This document shows positions 38,215-47,525 of a DNA stretch of 52,966 nt, piece after piece. Each line of letters begins with the position of its first letter. Positions within the stretch are counted from its first letter, which is position 1. The DNA comes from a virus (Duplodnaviria; Caudoviricetes), in the IMG/VR virus record IMGVR_UViG_3300025012_001675, positions 1 through 52,966 of that record; one strand, given 5' to 3'. A program made the translations under genes and the position numbers. Under the pieces are notes generated by a model. It searched no databases. It saw only the letters and a program-made list of their open reading frames with translations, and was not told where the DNA came from.

Positions 38215-38328
38215 TTATTTATCGACCCAAGGTACACCAACGCCCATGACAGTCACAATTAGTGCCATCAAAGCCGAGCTATTGCGAACCGCTTTGTTTG
38301 TTAGAATTTCTTTGATGATTTTTTTCAT
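38215..38328 (-). CDS. 37-aa peptide with Trp four residues from the C-terminus (ComX-like precursor candidate)
   Basis: Not in ORF track. MKKIIKEILTNKAVRNSSALMALIVTVMGVGVPWVDK; TATAAT on minus at 38386-38391 and GGTCGA motif upstream. Confidence 0.6.
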   Translation of the reverse strand: MKKIIKEILTNKAVRNSSALMALIVTVMGVGVPWVDK

Positions 38329-38422
38329 AAAACTTATGCTATTTCTTTAAGGTTCGGATTCCTCGACCACAGAATCCATGGATTAATTATAGCAGATATT
38401 TTTAAATATTTTAAGCCATAAT

Positions 38423-39088
38423 TCAGTCAATTACATATCCGGTACCGGAAACAGTTCTTATAAAATCACCTTTATTCCTGCCTTGCAGTTTTCGCCGAAG
38501 GATCGTGACGTGCGTCTCAACCGTATTGGTAAACAAGTCGGCATTCATGTCCCAAACATGTTCCAGGATTGTCTGCCGTGTGAGCACCCGCCCTCGATTG
38601 CGTAGCAAAAATTCTAAAAGGAAAAATTCTTTTGGGGCCAGATGCACTTCCCTGCCTGCCCGATGAACAGATCGCTTCGGCAAGTTGAGTTCTATATCGT
38701 CCACGCGAAAAATTTCATCCTCCACTTTCTGCGGTCGACGTATCAATGCCTTCACTCTTGCCGCCAGTTCAGCGTATGAAAACGGCTTCGTAATATAGTC
38801 ATCCGCTCCAATGCTTAGAAGATCTACTTTCGTCTCAATCTCACCCTTTACCGAGAGTATGAGAATTGGCATGCCCTTACCCTCTGATCGGATTTCCGTG
38901 CAAACCTGCCGTCCGTCTTTTTTCGGCAATCCAATATCTAAAATTATTAAGTCGTAGTCATTGATTTTTGCTTTGTATGCGCCCTTTTCTCCGTCTTCCG
39001 CCACGTCAACAACAAAACCCTCTGCCTTCAGCGAAGGCCTTAGAAAGTCTACTGTTTCTTTATCATCTTCGACGATAAGAAGGTTCAT
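38423..39088 (-). CDS. OmpR/PhoB-family response regulator
   Basis: LIVEDD, LDIGLP, GADDYITKPF and winged-helix C-terminus (TVSGTGY). Confidence 0.93.
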   Translation of the reverse strand: MNLLIVEDDKETVDFLRPSLKAEGFVVDVAEDGEKGAYKAKINDYDLIILDIGLPKKDGRQVCTEIRSEGKGMPILILSVKGEIETKVDLLSIGADDYITKPFSYAELAARVKALIRRPQKVEDEIFRVDDIELNLPKRSVHRAGREVHLAPKEFFLLEFLLRNRGRVLTRQTILEHVWDMNADLFTNTVETHVTILRRKLQGRNKGDFIRTVSGTGYVID

Positions 39089-39090
39089 AG

Positions 39091-40209
39091 TTAGTCGCTT
39101 AGATAAGTTGCAATGTTTGCCTTATGTTCCTCGAAGGTTTCGGCACAATGGATGGTCTTTGATTTATCGTGGAGGTAAAACATGCATTCCGTTTCCTCTG
39201 GATAAAGCACTGCCTTGATCGCGTCGATGCCAGGGTTGGCAATCGGATGAGGAGGGAGACCTTCGTTTCGGTAGGTGTTATAAGGCGAGGGAATATCTAT
39301 GTCTTCCGGTTTGATTGGCATCCACCAGGTGCCTTCGCTGGTATATGTGCCTGGTTGCTTATCGTATCGGGCTTCGCCGTAGTGAATCTGATCATCTCGA
39401 ACATACTGTACGGTGGCATCGACTTCTAGCTTCATGTCTTTAAGCAGACGATTCCACAAGATTCCGGCGATGAGGGGCATGTCATCTTTGCCAGCAGCTT
39501 CTCTTTGCACGATCGAAGCGAGCTTGAGTGCCGTTGTCCATTTGATGTTCTGTTTGAGGGCTTCCTGAGTATAGGGCTGGAATTTTTCGTTAAACTTTGC
39601 GCGCAATCTATCTGCCACTTTAAGCGGTTCTTCGTCGACAGGAATCAGGTAGGTGTCGGGAAAATACAGACCTTCAATCTCATCGTAATTCATTGACGTA
39701 TAGGTAGTGACCCATTTCTTTTCTACATCTTCATTCCACCCAAGTTGATTGGCGAGAATATCTGCAATTTGTTCTTTGCGAAGCCCTTCAGGAATCACGA
39801 CCCATTTCATATAAGGTCCTTCCTTGAAAGTTTCGGCCACCTGCCAAGCCGTCATACTCTTGGAGATTCTGTAAGCACCGGGCGTGAAGCAGTCCACGCA
39901 AGTCGTCGCTGTTATGCCGATTCCGTTTGTTTTGAAATAAGCGATCTTGAATCCTGCTTCACTTTTGATGAATCCTTTTTCTTTGAGCAACGCTGAGAGA
40001 TCCTTAAAGTCTCCAGAGCCCAGTGGCATGGTGAATTGTTCCAGTTCTGCATTCGTCTGCGGAGCAGCAAACTGGCTGCTGTATGAGATGTACCATACCA
40101 GAGATCCCACAGCTATGATTGCTATGCCGATTCCAACAGCAATGGCACGCTTTGTCTTCAGAAAACTGAATCGTGAGGGTGGTGTATTGGATAAAAGTTG
40201 ATCTGTCAT
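39091..40209 (-). CDS. mltG: Endolytic transglycosylase MltG (YceG family)
   Basis: N-terminal TM, IPEG, EGLYFPDTY, LASIVQRE, SPYNTY...GLPPHPIANPG. Confidence 0.9.
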   Translation of the reverse strand: MTDQLLSNTPPSRFSFLKTKRAIAVGIGIAIIAVGSLVWYISYSSQFAAPQTNAELEQFTMPLGSGDFKDLSALLKEKGFIKSEAGFKIAYFKTNGIGITATTCVDCFTPGAYRISKSMTAWQVAETFKEGPYMKWVVIPEGLRKEQIADILANQLGWNEDVEKKWVTTYTSMNYDEIEGLYFPDTYLIPVDEEPLKVADRLRAKFNEKFQPYTQEALKQNIKWTTALKLASIVQREAAGKDDMPLIAGILWNRLLKDMKLEVDATVQYVRDDQIHYGEARYDKQPGTYTSEGTWWMPIKPEDIDIPSPYNTYRNEGLPPHPIANPGIDAIKAVLYPEETECMFYLHDKSKTIHCAETFEEHKANIATYLSD

Positions 40210-40213
40210 AAAA

Positions 40214-40396
40214 TTATTTATTACTGCTTGCCTTCACAAGCCGGTCAATGTCCGCTTTTTTAATTCGCCATTGGCCAATCTTGGTAGCAAGTAATCGTTT
40301 AGTTTTAATGTACCGCATGATTGTCCGTTCACTCACATGAAGGATGTCCGCGGCTTCTTTGGCTGTGAAATAATCTTTGGGAGTTTTCTTGGTCAT
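40214..40396 (-). CDS. Excisionase-type HTH (HTH_17) protein
   Basis: FTAKEAADILHVSERTIMRYI...IGQWRI. Confidence 0.8.
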   Translation of the reverse strand: MTKKTPKDYFTAKEAADILHVSERTIMRYIKTKRLLATKIGQWRIKKADIDRLVKASSNK

Positions 40397-40397
40397 A

Positions 40398-41309
40398 TTA
40401 ATTCTCGAATAATGGGATCGTGTTGTTATACTGAAGTAATTTCCCAGAGCTTGAAATAAATATTCTTATGGTTGGCTTGGAATCGACGGCCGACCTGCCG
40501 ACGAGTCCATCCGAAAGCTTATAATTCGCATCTTGCCACTTCCATTGCCATCGACTCATATCATCAACGGGAGTGACGGTAAACGATTGCTTAAGCCTAA
40601 GATTTTTAAGATACGTTTGACCAACCTCTTTTATTTTCGCTTCAGAAGTCTTAGGGGAGAACAGATCGCCTTTCGTGCATTTGCCTTGATAGTTGTCCGG
40701 GTAGACTACGCGTACCTCTATCAGCTCATGGGTTTTGGGGTAGACCTCGTACTCGTAAACCTGGCAGGTATTTTCTATTTCTTCTGTGGCCCGGTAAATA
40801 TTAACCGTGCGCTTCCAAGCTTCAGGCTTTTCTATTTTCTCATCGCCATAATCTGAAAGCTTGGTGAGTACTCCGACATCAAAGTTTGCAGGAGATTGGC
40901 TGCGAGAATATTCCACCTCGAAGATAGCGTCACCCATAAATTTCTTGATCGCTTCAGCATCAGCCTGTATGGTTGCACTGTCTGGCATTGTCGATGCTTT
41001 TACCGCTGCGTTATATCGAGCCTCAGCAGCATCTACCTTTTGTTTTGATTCGCCGCAGAAAACATCCTGACCTCGGTCGTTCTTTTCAACGCACCCGTGT
41101 TCAAATTCGTACTGGGCAATCCGGGACATCTCTTGTTGGAGTTCTTCGACACTCGGACTTTTGTCAGACATGACGGTTTGAGTGTCGCTTGCTGTTTTCG
41201 TATTAATAAAAATGGCAATGCCAGCTACTGCTGCAATGCCAAAGATTCCTAAAAGGATTTTCGTATGTTGTGGTTTGGGGGTAAATATCATATCAATTTG
41301 GCCTTTCAT
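40398..41309 (-). CDS. Membrane-anchored/secreted protein, paralog of 41998-42819
   Basis: N-terminal TM; QYE..GC.........FCG.SK motif shared with the paralog. Confidence 0.6.
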   Translation of the reverse strand: MKGQIDMIFTPKPQHTKILLGIFGIAAVAGIAIFINTKTASDTQTVMSDKSPSVEELQQEMSRIAQYEFEHGCVEKNDRGQDVFCGESKQKVDAAEARYNAAVKASTMPDSATIQADAEAIKKFMGDAIFEVEYSRSQSPANFDVGVLTKLSDYGDEKIEKPEAWKRTVNIYRATEEIENTCQVYEYEVYPKTHELIEVRVVYPDNYQGKCTKGDLFSPKTSEAKIKEVGQTYLKNLRLKQSFTVTPVDDMSRWQWKWQDANYKLSDGLVGRSAVDSKPTIRIFISSSGKLLQYNNTIPLFEN

Positions 41310-41451
41310 TTTGGCTTATTTCCAGTATACCCTATCTGTCCTGTTTTGTCATGTTTTGACTAGTGGATAACTAAAGAGGCTCCCGGATTGGCAGGAGCCC
41401 CTTTTAGCTATGCTTCCAAATACCGATCTGACTATCGGTCAGGTTGCCTAG

Positions 41452-41991
41452 TTATACTTCCAATTTGACCTCGTCGAATTCAACTTGAAGTCCGCTCACG
41501 CCGTTACAGATGTAAGCGTTTCCCCAGCCGTCGGATTCCCATACGATGGAAGTCCTGTACTTATCGAGTGCGATGGTTGCCCACGCTTCGTAGTAAGCAC
41601 TTTGATCAACTGTCGAGCCATACGTGCTCGCATAGTTGTAGACTACATCGTAATCTGCTCCGTACATGTTGCCTGTCGAGCTGTCGATCCAAGCGTAGGT
41701 GTCGCCGTTGTAGGCAACCACCGACGCCATGTCATAGCGCGCATCGGCATCATAGCCGCATCCGCTGTGGTTGTAGTTGTACTGGAGGTACCAGAGGTCT
41801 GAGCCGCAGGGACCACGTCCACTGACGCAATACCCATCACTGCTGATTGAATTCCAGCCACTGCCCGACTGAGTCCAATACCCACCACCATTGGCATGAA
41901 TGTAAGTCTGAGCCGACGCGATGCCTGCGAACGATCCCAACATGACAACAGCCATGAGGAAAGGCGCGACTCGTGAGAGTGTTTTCTTCAT
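41452..41991 (-). CDS. Secreted Tyr/Trp/Gly-rich protein with 4 Cys
   Basis: Signal peptide ending ASA-Q; followed by a hairpin at ~41373-41405. Confidence 0.6.
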   Translation of the reverse strand: MKKTLSRVAPFLMAVVMLGSFAGIASAQTYIHANGGGYWTQSGSGWNSISSDGYCVSGRGPCGSDLWYLQYNYNHSGCGYDADARYDMASVVAYNGDTYAWIDSSTGNMYGADYDVVYNYASTYGSTVDQSAYYEAWATIALDKYRTSIVWESDGWGNAYICNGVSGLQVEFDEVKLEV

Positions 41992-41997
41992 AGTGTG

Positions 41998-42819
41998 TTA
42001 GTTAGAATATAGGCTACGCACGTCGTTGAAGCTCATGACCTCACCCGCCGGAGACAGGACGATTTGAACGAACGGAGTCACGTCTTCACCCTGAGGTTTG
42101 GACTTGGCCTCCCAACGGAAAGCGTAGCTGACGCTGCCAGGCTTTGACATCGTTCTAAAGCTAAAGTTAGCTTTGACCGAATCAAAGTCGGCGACGTGCT
42201 TCGCAAGATATTCCTCAGCCTTTGCTTGAAGCTCAGCTTTCGGAAGACTCTTACTCCCGTCGCGTTCGAAAGGAATCTTGCTACCAGGGCCAGGCCCAAA
42301 TTGAACAACATTGTTGTTAACCGGGTCGACGATGTACAAGAACCCTTTGTCATCCTGCCACTGCTCAATACGTTTGACGGCATTGGTGTAAGGATTCGCA
42401 GAGGTGCCCTCGAAGGTAACATTGGCTTTCCTCTCAGCGAGAGATTCAATGTTGCTCTTTACTTGGGCGAGCGATTCGGATGAACGACCAGAAAGTTCAA
42501 GCTTGTGAACTTCTTCAGTAAGCTTGTTCTCCAGCGTTTCTACGCGCTCTTTTGATGCTCCGCAGAATTCAGACAGGCCGTCTCGACCGAAGGTCAAGCA
42601 GCCATATGCCGATTCGTATTGAGTAACGCTATCCAGCTCTGCTCTAATGGACTCGATCGCGGCGTTAGTGTGAGGGCCTGGTACAGCAGAATTATCCGGT
42701 TGGACTTGCGCCGACACCGGGGAACCTTGACTGAACGTAAAGCCACTCGTTACGCCGAGAGCGAGGCCGAAGACAATTGCTAGTGCGCCTGCTCCGATGA
42801 CGAATTGTTTTTTAGCCAT
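41998..42819 (-). CDS. Secreted protein, paralog of 40398-41309
   Basis: Signal/TM N-terminus; shared Cys motif and C-terminal strand pattern. Confidence 0.6.
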   Translation of the reverse strand: MAKKQFVIGAGALAIVFGLALGVTSGFTFSQGSPVSAQVQPDNSAVPGPHTNAAIESIRAELDSVTQYESAYGCLTFGRDGLSEFCGASKERVETLENKLTEEVHKLELSGRSSESLAQVKSNIESLAERKANVTFEGTSANPYTNAVKRIEQWQDDKGFLYIVDPVNNNVVQFGPGPGSKIPFERDGSKSLPKAELQAKAEEYLAKHVADFDSVKANFSFRTMSKPGSVSYAFRWEAKSKPQGEDVTPFVQIVLSPAGEVMSFNDVRSLYSN

Positions 42820-43027
42820 AAATTTCTTTATGCGTTTCTAATTTACCGCGGCTCCAGTCGACCTCCCTTACCGTCTTGCATTCCAATCATGCAAGACCGG
42901 GCAAGAACCGTTTCCTTGGATGGTTTACGCTCTGCCAAAGTTCTCCGCTAATCTGCGTATTTAGAAAGGTAGTCAGATTACGGGCAGCTTGGCATTGCAT
43001 AATAATTTTCGCTGATGGGGTAATAGG

Positions 43028-43060
43028 ATTTCCTAAACATTTTCTAAGGATTTTCTAAAG
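43028..43060 (-). promoter_or_regulatory. Three 11-bp direct repeats (candidate OmpR-family binding site)
   Basis: ATTTCCTAAAC ATTTTCTAAGG ATTTTCTAAAG upstream of the secreted-protein operon. Confidence 0.5.
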
Positions 43061-43099
43061 ACCATTCATCCATCCACGACACAACATTGACCAAGGTTT

Positions 43100-43327
43100 T
43101 TACGAAGTCAAATGATCCACGTTTCCTCGCGCTTTACGCCAAAAACCTCGTGCGGTTCGGGAGGAGACCTTCCACCAGTTAACGATCCGGTGGTTCTTAA
43201 CTTCAATCACGATACGACCGAAGCCCTCCTCCTCGACGGCCGCCAAGTCTTTGGCGATTTCCACAAGCAGAAGAGCTTGTTCTTCCATGGTGGGATTCGA
43301 TATTTTTTTGTTAGCTGTTTGGTTCAT
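43100..43327 (-). CDS. Small hypothetical protein (DUF2292-like)
   Basis: GFGRIVIEVKNHRIV motif; follows terL. Confidence 0.45.
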   Translation of the reverse strand: MNQTANKKISNPTMEEQALLLVEIAKDLAAVEEEGFGRIVIEVKNHRIVNWWKVSSRTARGFWRKARGNVDHLTS

Positions 43328-44852
43328 ACTTGAGTCTCTTTTTGAAAGCGACATGCCAGTATAGAAGTGCATGCCATGCGTGATCGACGCCGGTCGTCGA
43401 CTCCCATTCACGTTTTTCTTGGCCGTATTGATTTGTGACTGTCCGTGCATACATTGTTTGTGCGTGTTCGATGAGCATTTTGAATGTCGGGTCATCTGGC
43501 TTCATCGCAAACTTTATTTCTCCCCGGCGCAGGGACGATATTGTGTCGTCGATAATTCGATTGCGGGAGGTGAGCACCTTTACTTCTTCTTCAAACGGCT
43601 TTTCGTCTTCTTCTTTCTCATCGTTCCAGCGGACAACCTCTAACATTTTCGGATCGTCTTTGTAGAAGTTAACGTAGATGCGATACGGGAATTTGCGGGC
43701 CAGGCGCAATGCTTCTTCCGTCCAGGGCATTGCGTCAATAACGCAAACCCGCACGTCGTAGAATTGAATCAGCTCGGCCATGTATTCCCAGCGTGTCTTG
43801 TTCGGCCGGTCTTTTATTTTTCCGATCCAGAATATTCCTTTAGCGTTGCCGATGACTATGTGGTTTTCGTCTCCGGTATCCGCTCCCATTACATTCCAAC
43901 CTGATGTTTCCACTTCCTCATTCGTTGTGTTGCGAAGGAATAGGCTCTGCGGAATTTTCTGATCCGACGCTATATAAGGCAGGCCCAGCACGAAGTTGTA
44001 GAAGTATTGCTGGTCTTCAGCATTGGCTTCTTCGGTGAGCAGGTCGGATGCGGTGCGCCACGGACACATCATTTGGCTTATCCAGTAGCCGCTTATTGGC
44101 TCTCCCGGATACCTGGCCTCCCACCAGCCCGTGTCGTTTACATGCCGCGATGTAATTTCACCGTGGCATTTTTGGCAGACGTATATTCTGCGTTCACGGT
44201 CAACGTTCTTTTCCCAATCCATGTGCTGCTCGTAGCTGCAACGAGGGCAATTGAATCGCCAATGTTTCTGATCCGATTGTCCAAACAGTTTGTCGACGCC
44301 CATGTCCGGAATGGTTGGGGTCGAGAAATAATGTTGGCTTCGTATTTTTGAGAAGCCCATGCGAGAAGTGAAGTCTCGGATAACTTCCGGCTTGGACTTG
44401 TCGAGTTCATCGTGGATGTTGCGATCGGAGGTAAGCATAATTGCTTCCTTTTCCGTGTAGGTTCCTTTGAAGAACAGGAAGGACTTGCCTATCTGTTTTT
44501 GTTCCACCGAATCTACGTCTTTTCCACTTACGCCTTCGAGCATGCAGGGATTCACTTTCACGATGCGGTTCACTTTGCTTTTTACGAACTCGGCCACGTC
44601 ATCCACGGTTGGGAGCGTATAAATTTGGTTGATGCCCCAAAAGCGCGCAGCATGAACAGATCGCAGGATTTCCATCGTGCTCGCTCCGATCTGTGATCCT
44701 TTACGTATCACCTGGATCGGCGCGCGGTCGGAATAAATATCCAGCATGAAGCGGTGGTCGGCGAACTCGATCGGGTCACCGCTTTCGCTTTTTATTCCGT
44801 TCTGCTTGATCCAATACAGGATGCTACTTTTTTGCTTTTCCTTTTCGTCCAT
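43311..44852 (-). CDS. terL: Terminase large subunit (GpA-like)
   Basis: KGSQIGAS Walker A-like, HDELD, STPT, two CxxC pairs, FYNFVLGLPY, GADTG, DH nuclease motifs. Confidence 0.88.
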   Translation of the reverse strand: MDEKEKQKSSILYWIKQNGIKSESGDPIEFADHRFMLDIYSDRAPIQVIRKGSQIGASTMEILRSVHAARFWGINQIYTLPTVDDVAEFVKSKVNRIVKVNPCMLEGVSGKDVDSVEQKQIGKSFLFFKGTYTEKEAIMLTSDRNIHDELDKSKPEVIRDFTSRMGFSKIRSQHYFSTPTIPDMGVDKLFGQSDQKHWRFNCPRCSYEQHMDWEKNVDRERRIYVCQKCHGEITSRHVNDTGWWEARYPGEPISGYWISQMMCPWRTASDLLTEEANAEDQQYFYNFVLGLPYIASDQKIPQSLFLRNTTNEEVETSGWNVMGADTGDENHIVIGNAKGIFWIGKIKDRPNKTRWEYMAELIQFYDVRVCVIDAMPWTEEALRLARKFPYRIYVNFYKDDPKMLEVVRWNDEKEEDEKPFEEEVKVLTSRNRIIDDTISSLRRGEIKFAMKPDDPTFKMLIEHAQTMYARTVTNQYGQEKREWESTTGVDHAWHALLYWHVAFKKRLKYEPNS

Positions 44853-45387
44853 AAAAAGCCTTGATGGTTTCGTCTATCGCTTGACCTAGTTCCTCTTGCT
44901 CCGGAGTCGGAGGCTTTTGCTCGTCTTCATTGATGCTAAGTTCGTGCTTGCCAAGGGACTCTCCCATTTCAGTCCTGAACATTTCCCACAGCTTCTTGAT
45001 CTCATCTACTGTTGCGCCTTCTCCTTTTTTGATCTGCTTCTTCAGGGTCTGCAACTTTTCCCAGAAGACTTCACCGATGGCGAATACTTTTTTCTGTTTA
45101 ATCTCTTGTGCCTTTTTGCGGAGACCTTCTAAATCCTCGGTGAGCTTGAGGTCTTTCCGTTCGACCCAACGGTACTTCTTTGACCACGTTTCTAGGGTGG
45201 TATCGCTAGGTTTTTTGCCAAGTCGATCGACAAATTCCACCCCAGCTTCACCCAAGCTTTGCCCAACCCTGTTCCATAGCCCCTCGGTCTTCCGTAGGCT
45301 TCCGGCTTCGCAATACAAAAGCCACGCAGTGTACTGCTGTTCGGTTTCTCCCGGCATCTTTGAGGTGGTGAGTGCGGGCTTTGTCAT
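44824..45387 (-). CDS. Probable terminase small subunit
   Basis: GET...AW..Y and WSKKYRWVER motifs; overlaps the terL start. Confidence 0.6.
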   Translation of the reverse strand: MTKPALTTSKMPGETEQQYTAWLLYCEAGSLRKTEGLWNRVGQSLGEAGVEFVDRLGKKPSDTTLETWSKKYRWVERKDLKLTEDLEGLRKKAQEIKQKKVFAIGEVFWEKLQTLKKQIKKGEGATVDEIKKLWEMFRTEMGESLGKHELSINEDEQKPPTPEQEELGQAIDETIKAFYGRKGKAKK

Positions 45388-45426
45388 ATTGCTTTACTTT
45401 TTCTTTATTATTTATTCATCTTTTCT

Positions 45427-46698
45427 TTAACCTTTTACCTTGACCTTCTCCCAGCGATTGCGAATCACATCGCACCAACGTGGATCAAGCTCAAGCAGAT
45501 AGCAGGTGCGTTCTAGTTTGTTCGCGGCGAACAGGGTGCTTCCTGATCCGCCGAAGAAGTCGACCACGACGTGACCGACTCGGCTTGAGTTCTTTATGGC
45601 GCGCATAATAAGCCACTCCGGTTTCTCAGTCGGGTGAGCCATCTTGGTAATTGCTTTGCGTGGCATATCCCATACGTCGCTCTCGTTGTTATCGCCGTAG
45701 AAGAAGTGTCTCTCCCCCTTCTTCCAGCCATACATAAGTGGTTGCGCTTTGGTCTTGCCTTTGCTCCGCTTCGCTTTCATGACCTGTTCGTATTGTTTTT
45801 TGTAGTCTCCCCAGCCAATAGCAAAGGACGGTTTAACCCATACGATTGTCGAGGAAAATTCAAACCCGGCGTTCAGCATTTCGTAGTACCACAGTGGATA
45901 GCTGGTATAGCCCGTGCAGACGTACATCGTTGCACCTGGCTTCAGAATTTCATGGTAGTTGGCGAATACTTTTTCGCTGAAGGCTTCGAAGTCTTCTTGG
46001 CTCTGCTGATCGCCGAGAATCTTTCCCTGCTCGGTTGGAAACTTCCCGCGCTTTTCGTGACTGACGTGAGCCACGTTGTAAGGAGGATCGGTAAAAACCA
46101 TATCCACCTTGGTTGTGCCGAGCAATTTCTTGATGTCTTCAATCTTGGTTGCGTCTCCGCACATAAGCCGGTGTCGGCCGAGCTTATAAACTTCACCGTA
46201 TTTCGACACAGGTTTTTTTATTTCCTCGTATTCTTCTTCGGCGGTTTTATCTTCCTCATCCGGCTCTTCGAGCATTTGGCTGTCGAGGAGATTGCTTATC
46301 TCCACTTCATTGAAGCCAGTGAGGGTCAGGTCAAAGTCGGAGTGATTGAGCTCGACCATGAGTTCGGCCAGCCTCTCGTCATTCCAATCGCGCCGTTGAG
46401 CAATCTTGTTTAAGGCAAGACTCAGTGCTTTTTCTTCCTTCTCCGGCATGTCTACCAAGTCTACATTCTCTTTCGGTATTGTTTCCCACCCCAACTCTTT
46501 GAGGGCCATGACAGTCATGTTGCCGCCGATAATGAAGCCGTCGCGTCCCTTGCTGGTGTTGACCGTGATGAGTCCGCGCAATCCAAACCTTTCAATCGAT
46601 CGTTTTAATGCATCGATGTCTTCGCGCTTTATCTCGCGCGGGTTGTAGGCCGGATGCTTGAGGTCTGTAATTTTTATTGTCTTCGTATTTTTTTCCAT
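45427..46698 (-). CDS. ParB-N domain plus N4/N6 DNA methyltransferase
   Basis: YNPR ParB-like N-terminus; GDAT, TDPPYN, HPTEKP, DFFGGSGST. Confidence 0.9.
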   Translation of the reverse strand: MEKNTKTIKITDLKHPAYNPREIKREDIDALKRSIERFGLRGLITVNTSKGRDGFIIGGNMTVMALKELGWETIPKENVDLVDMPEKEEKALSLALNKIAQRRDWNDERLAELMVELNHSDFDLTLTGFNEVEISNLLDSQMLEEPDEEDKTAEEEYEEIKKPVSKYGEVYKLGRHRLMCGDATKIEDIKKLLGTTKVDMVFTDPPYNVAHVSHEKRGKFPTEQGKILGDQQSQEDFEAFSEKVFANYHEILKPGATMYVCTGYTSYPLWYYEMLNAGFEFSSTIVWVKPSFAIGWGDYKKQYEQVMKAKRSKGKTKAQPLMYGWKKGERHFFYGDNNESDVWDMPRKAITKMAHPTEKPEWLIMRAIKNSSRVGHVVVDFFGGSGSTLFAANKLERTCYLLELDPRWCDVIRNRWEKVKVKG

Positions 46699-46913
46699 AG
46701 GTTTATGAAGAATAGTTTGATGCGAATCCGGACCCTTCTTCGAAGCGGGAGCGCAAGGTATGCCTGCGTTGCTATCTCGCGCTCGACCATTTCAATGCGC
46801 CGCTTTTGAGCTTCAGCCAGCAGGTCGGCCGGAATGTATGCACCGCCTATAAGCCGCGGCCTATTCTTTCTTCGTGCCAGCGGGTTCTTTTTTGGGTTGT
46901 CGAGTCTGGTCAT
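46674..46913 (-). CDS. Hypothetical basic protein
   Basis: Overlapping ORF in operon. Confidence 0.4.
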   Translation of the reverse strand: MTRLDNPKKNPLARRKNRPRLIGGAYIPADLLAEAQKRRIEMVEREIATQAYLALPLRRRVRIRIKLFFINLWKKIRRQ

Positions 46914-47157
46914 GTTCTTCTTCAATTAATTTTTTAGTTGTTAAGATGGCGTGTTCGACTTTTTCGATCCGTTCCTGATATTCCACCACCAATTCTTTCT
47001 TGGTCTTTTGGCCCTCCATGTTGAATGGGGTCAGGCGTTGGATCACCACGTCATCGTCGCCGCGGTCTTCGAGGTTGCGTACCGCAATCTCCAGCCGCAC
47101 TTTTTCTTCTAGCAATGAGTCATGAATTGACTCAAGAGTTTCTAGTCTTGTTTTCAT
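46861..47157 (-). CDS. Hypothetical coiled-coil protein
   Basis: 98 aa, ATGA-coupled to the upstream gene. Confidence 0.55.
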   Translation of the reverse strand: MKTRLETLESIHDSLLEEKVRLEIAVRNLEDRGDDDVVIQRLTPFNMEGQKTKKELVVEYQERIEKVEHAILTTKKLIEEEHDQTRQPKKEPAGTKKE

Positions 47158-47459
47158 ATCGTTATAATTTCGAACTTGTCCGTCTTTTCATTCCATCGCC
47201 AATATTCCTTTGTAGCGTTTACTGGCTTCGGGAATGCAAGCATTCGCTCTTGGTCTGCCCTCGACCTGGAACTGAAACGCTCCGAGCTAACCTGAATAAA
47301 GCGAATTTCTTTTTTGCCGACAGCCATCAAGTCCCAGCACCCGAATAGGTCTTGCTGTTGGAACTTTGCGCGCCGAGCCTTTTCGATCCAGTAGCCTTCC
47401 TGAGCGAGAAGGGCCTGGGCTTTTTGTTCAATGATTTTTCCTTTTTGGGTACGGTTCAT
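47154..47459 (-). CDS. Holliday-junction-resolvase-like PD-(D/E)XK nuclease
   Basis: KG...E...L..EGY...DLMA...FIQV pattern of Hjc-like proteins. Confidence 0.65.
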   Translation of the reverse strand: MNRTQKGKIIEQKAQALLAQEGYWIEKARRAKFQQQDLFGCWDLMAVGKKEIRFIQVSSERFSSRSRADQERMLAFPKPVNATKEYWRWNEKTDKFEIITI

Positions 47460-47525
47460 AGCTGTTTGAGTTAACGGGTTTTGTGTCTTTGTCCCGTTCG
47501 TAGCGGCGGGGTCGCCGATGTGTTG

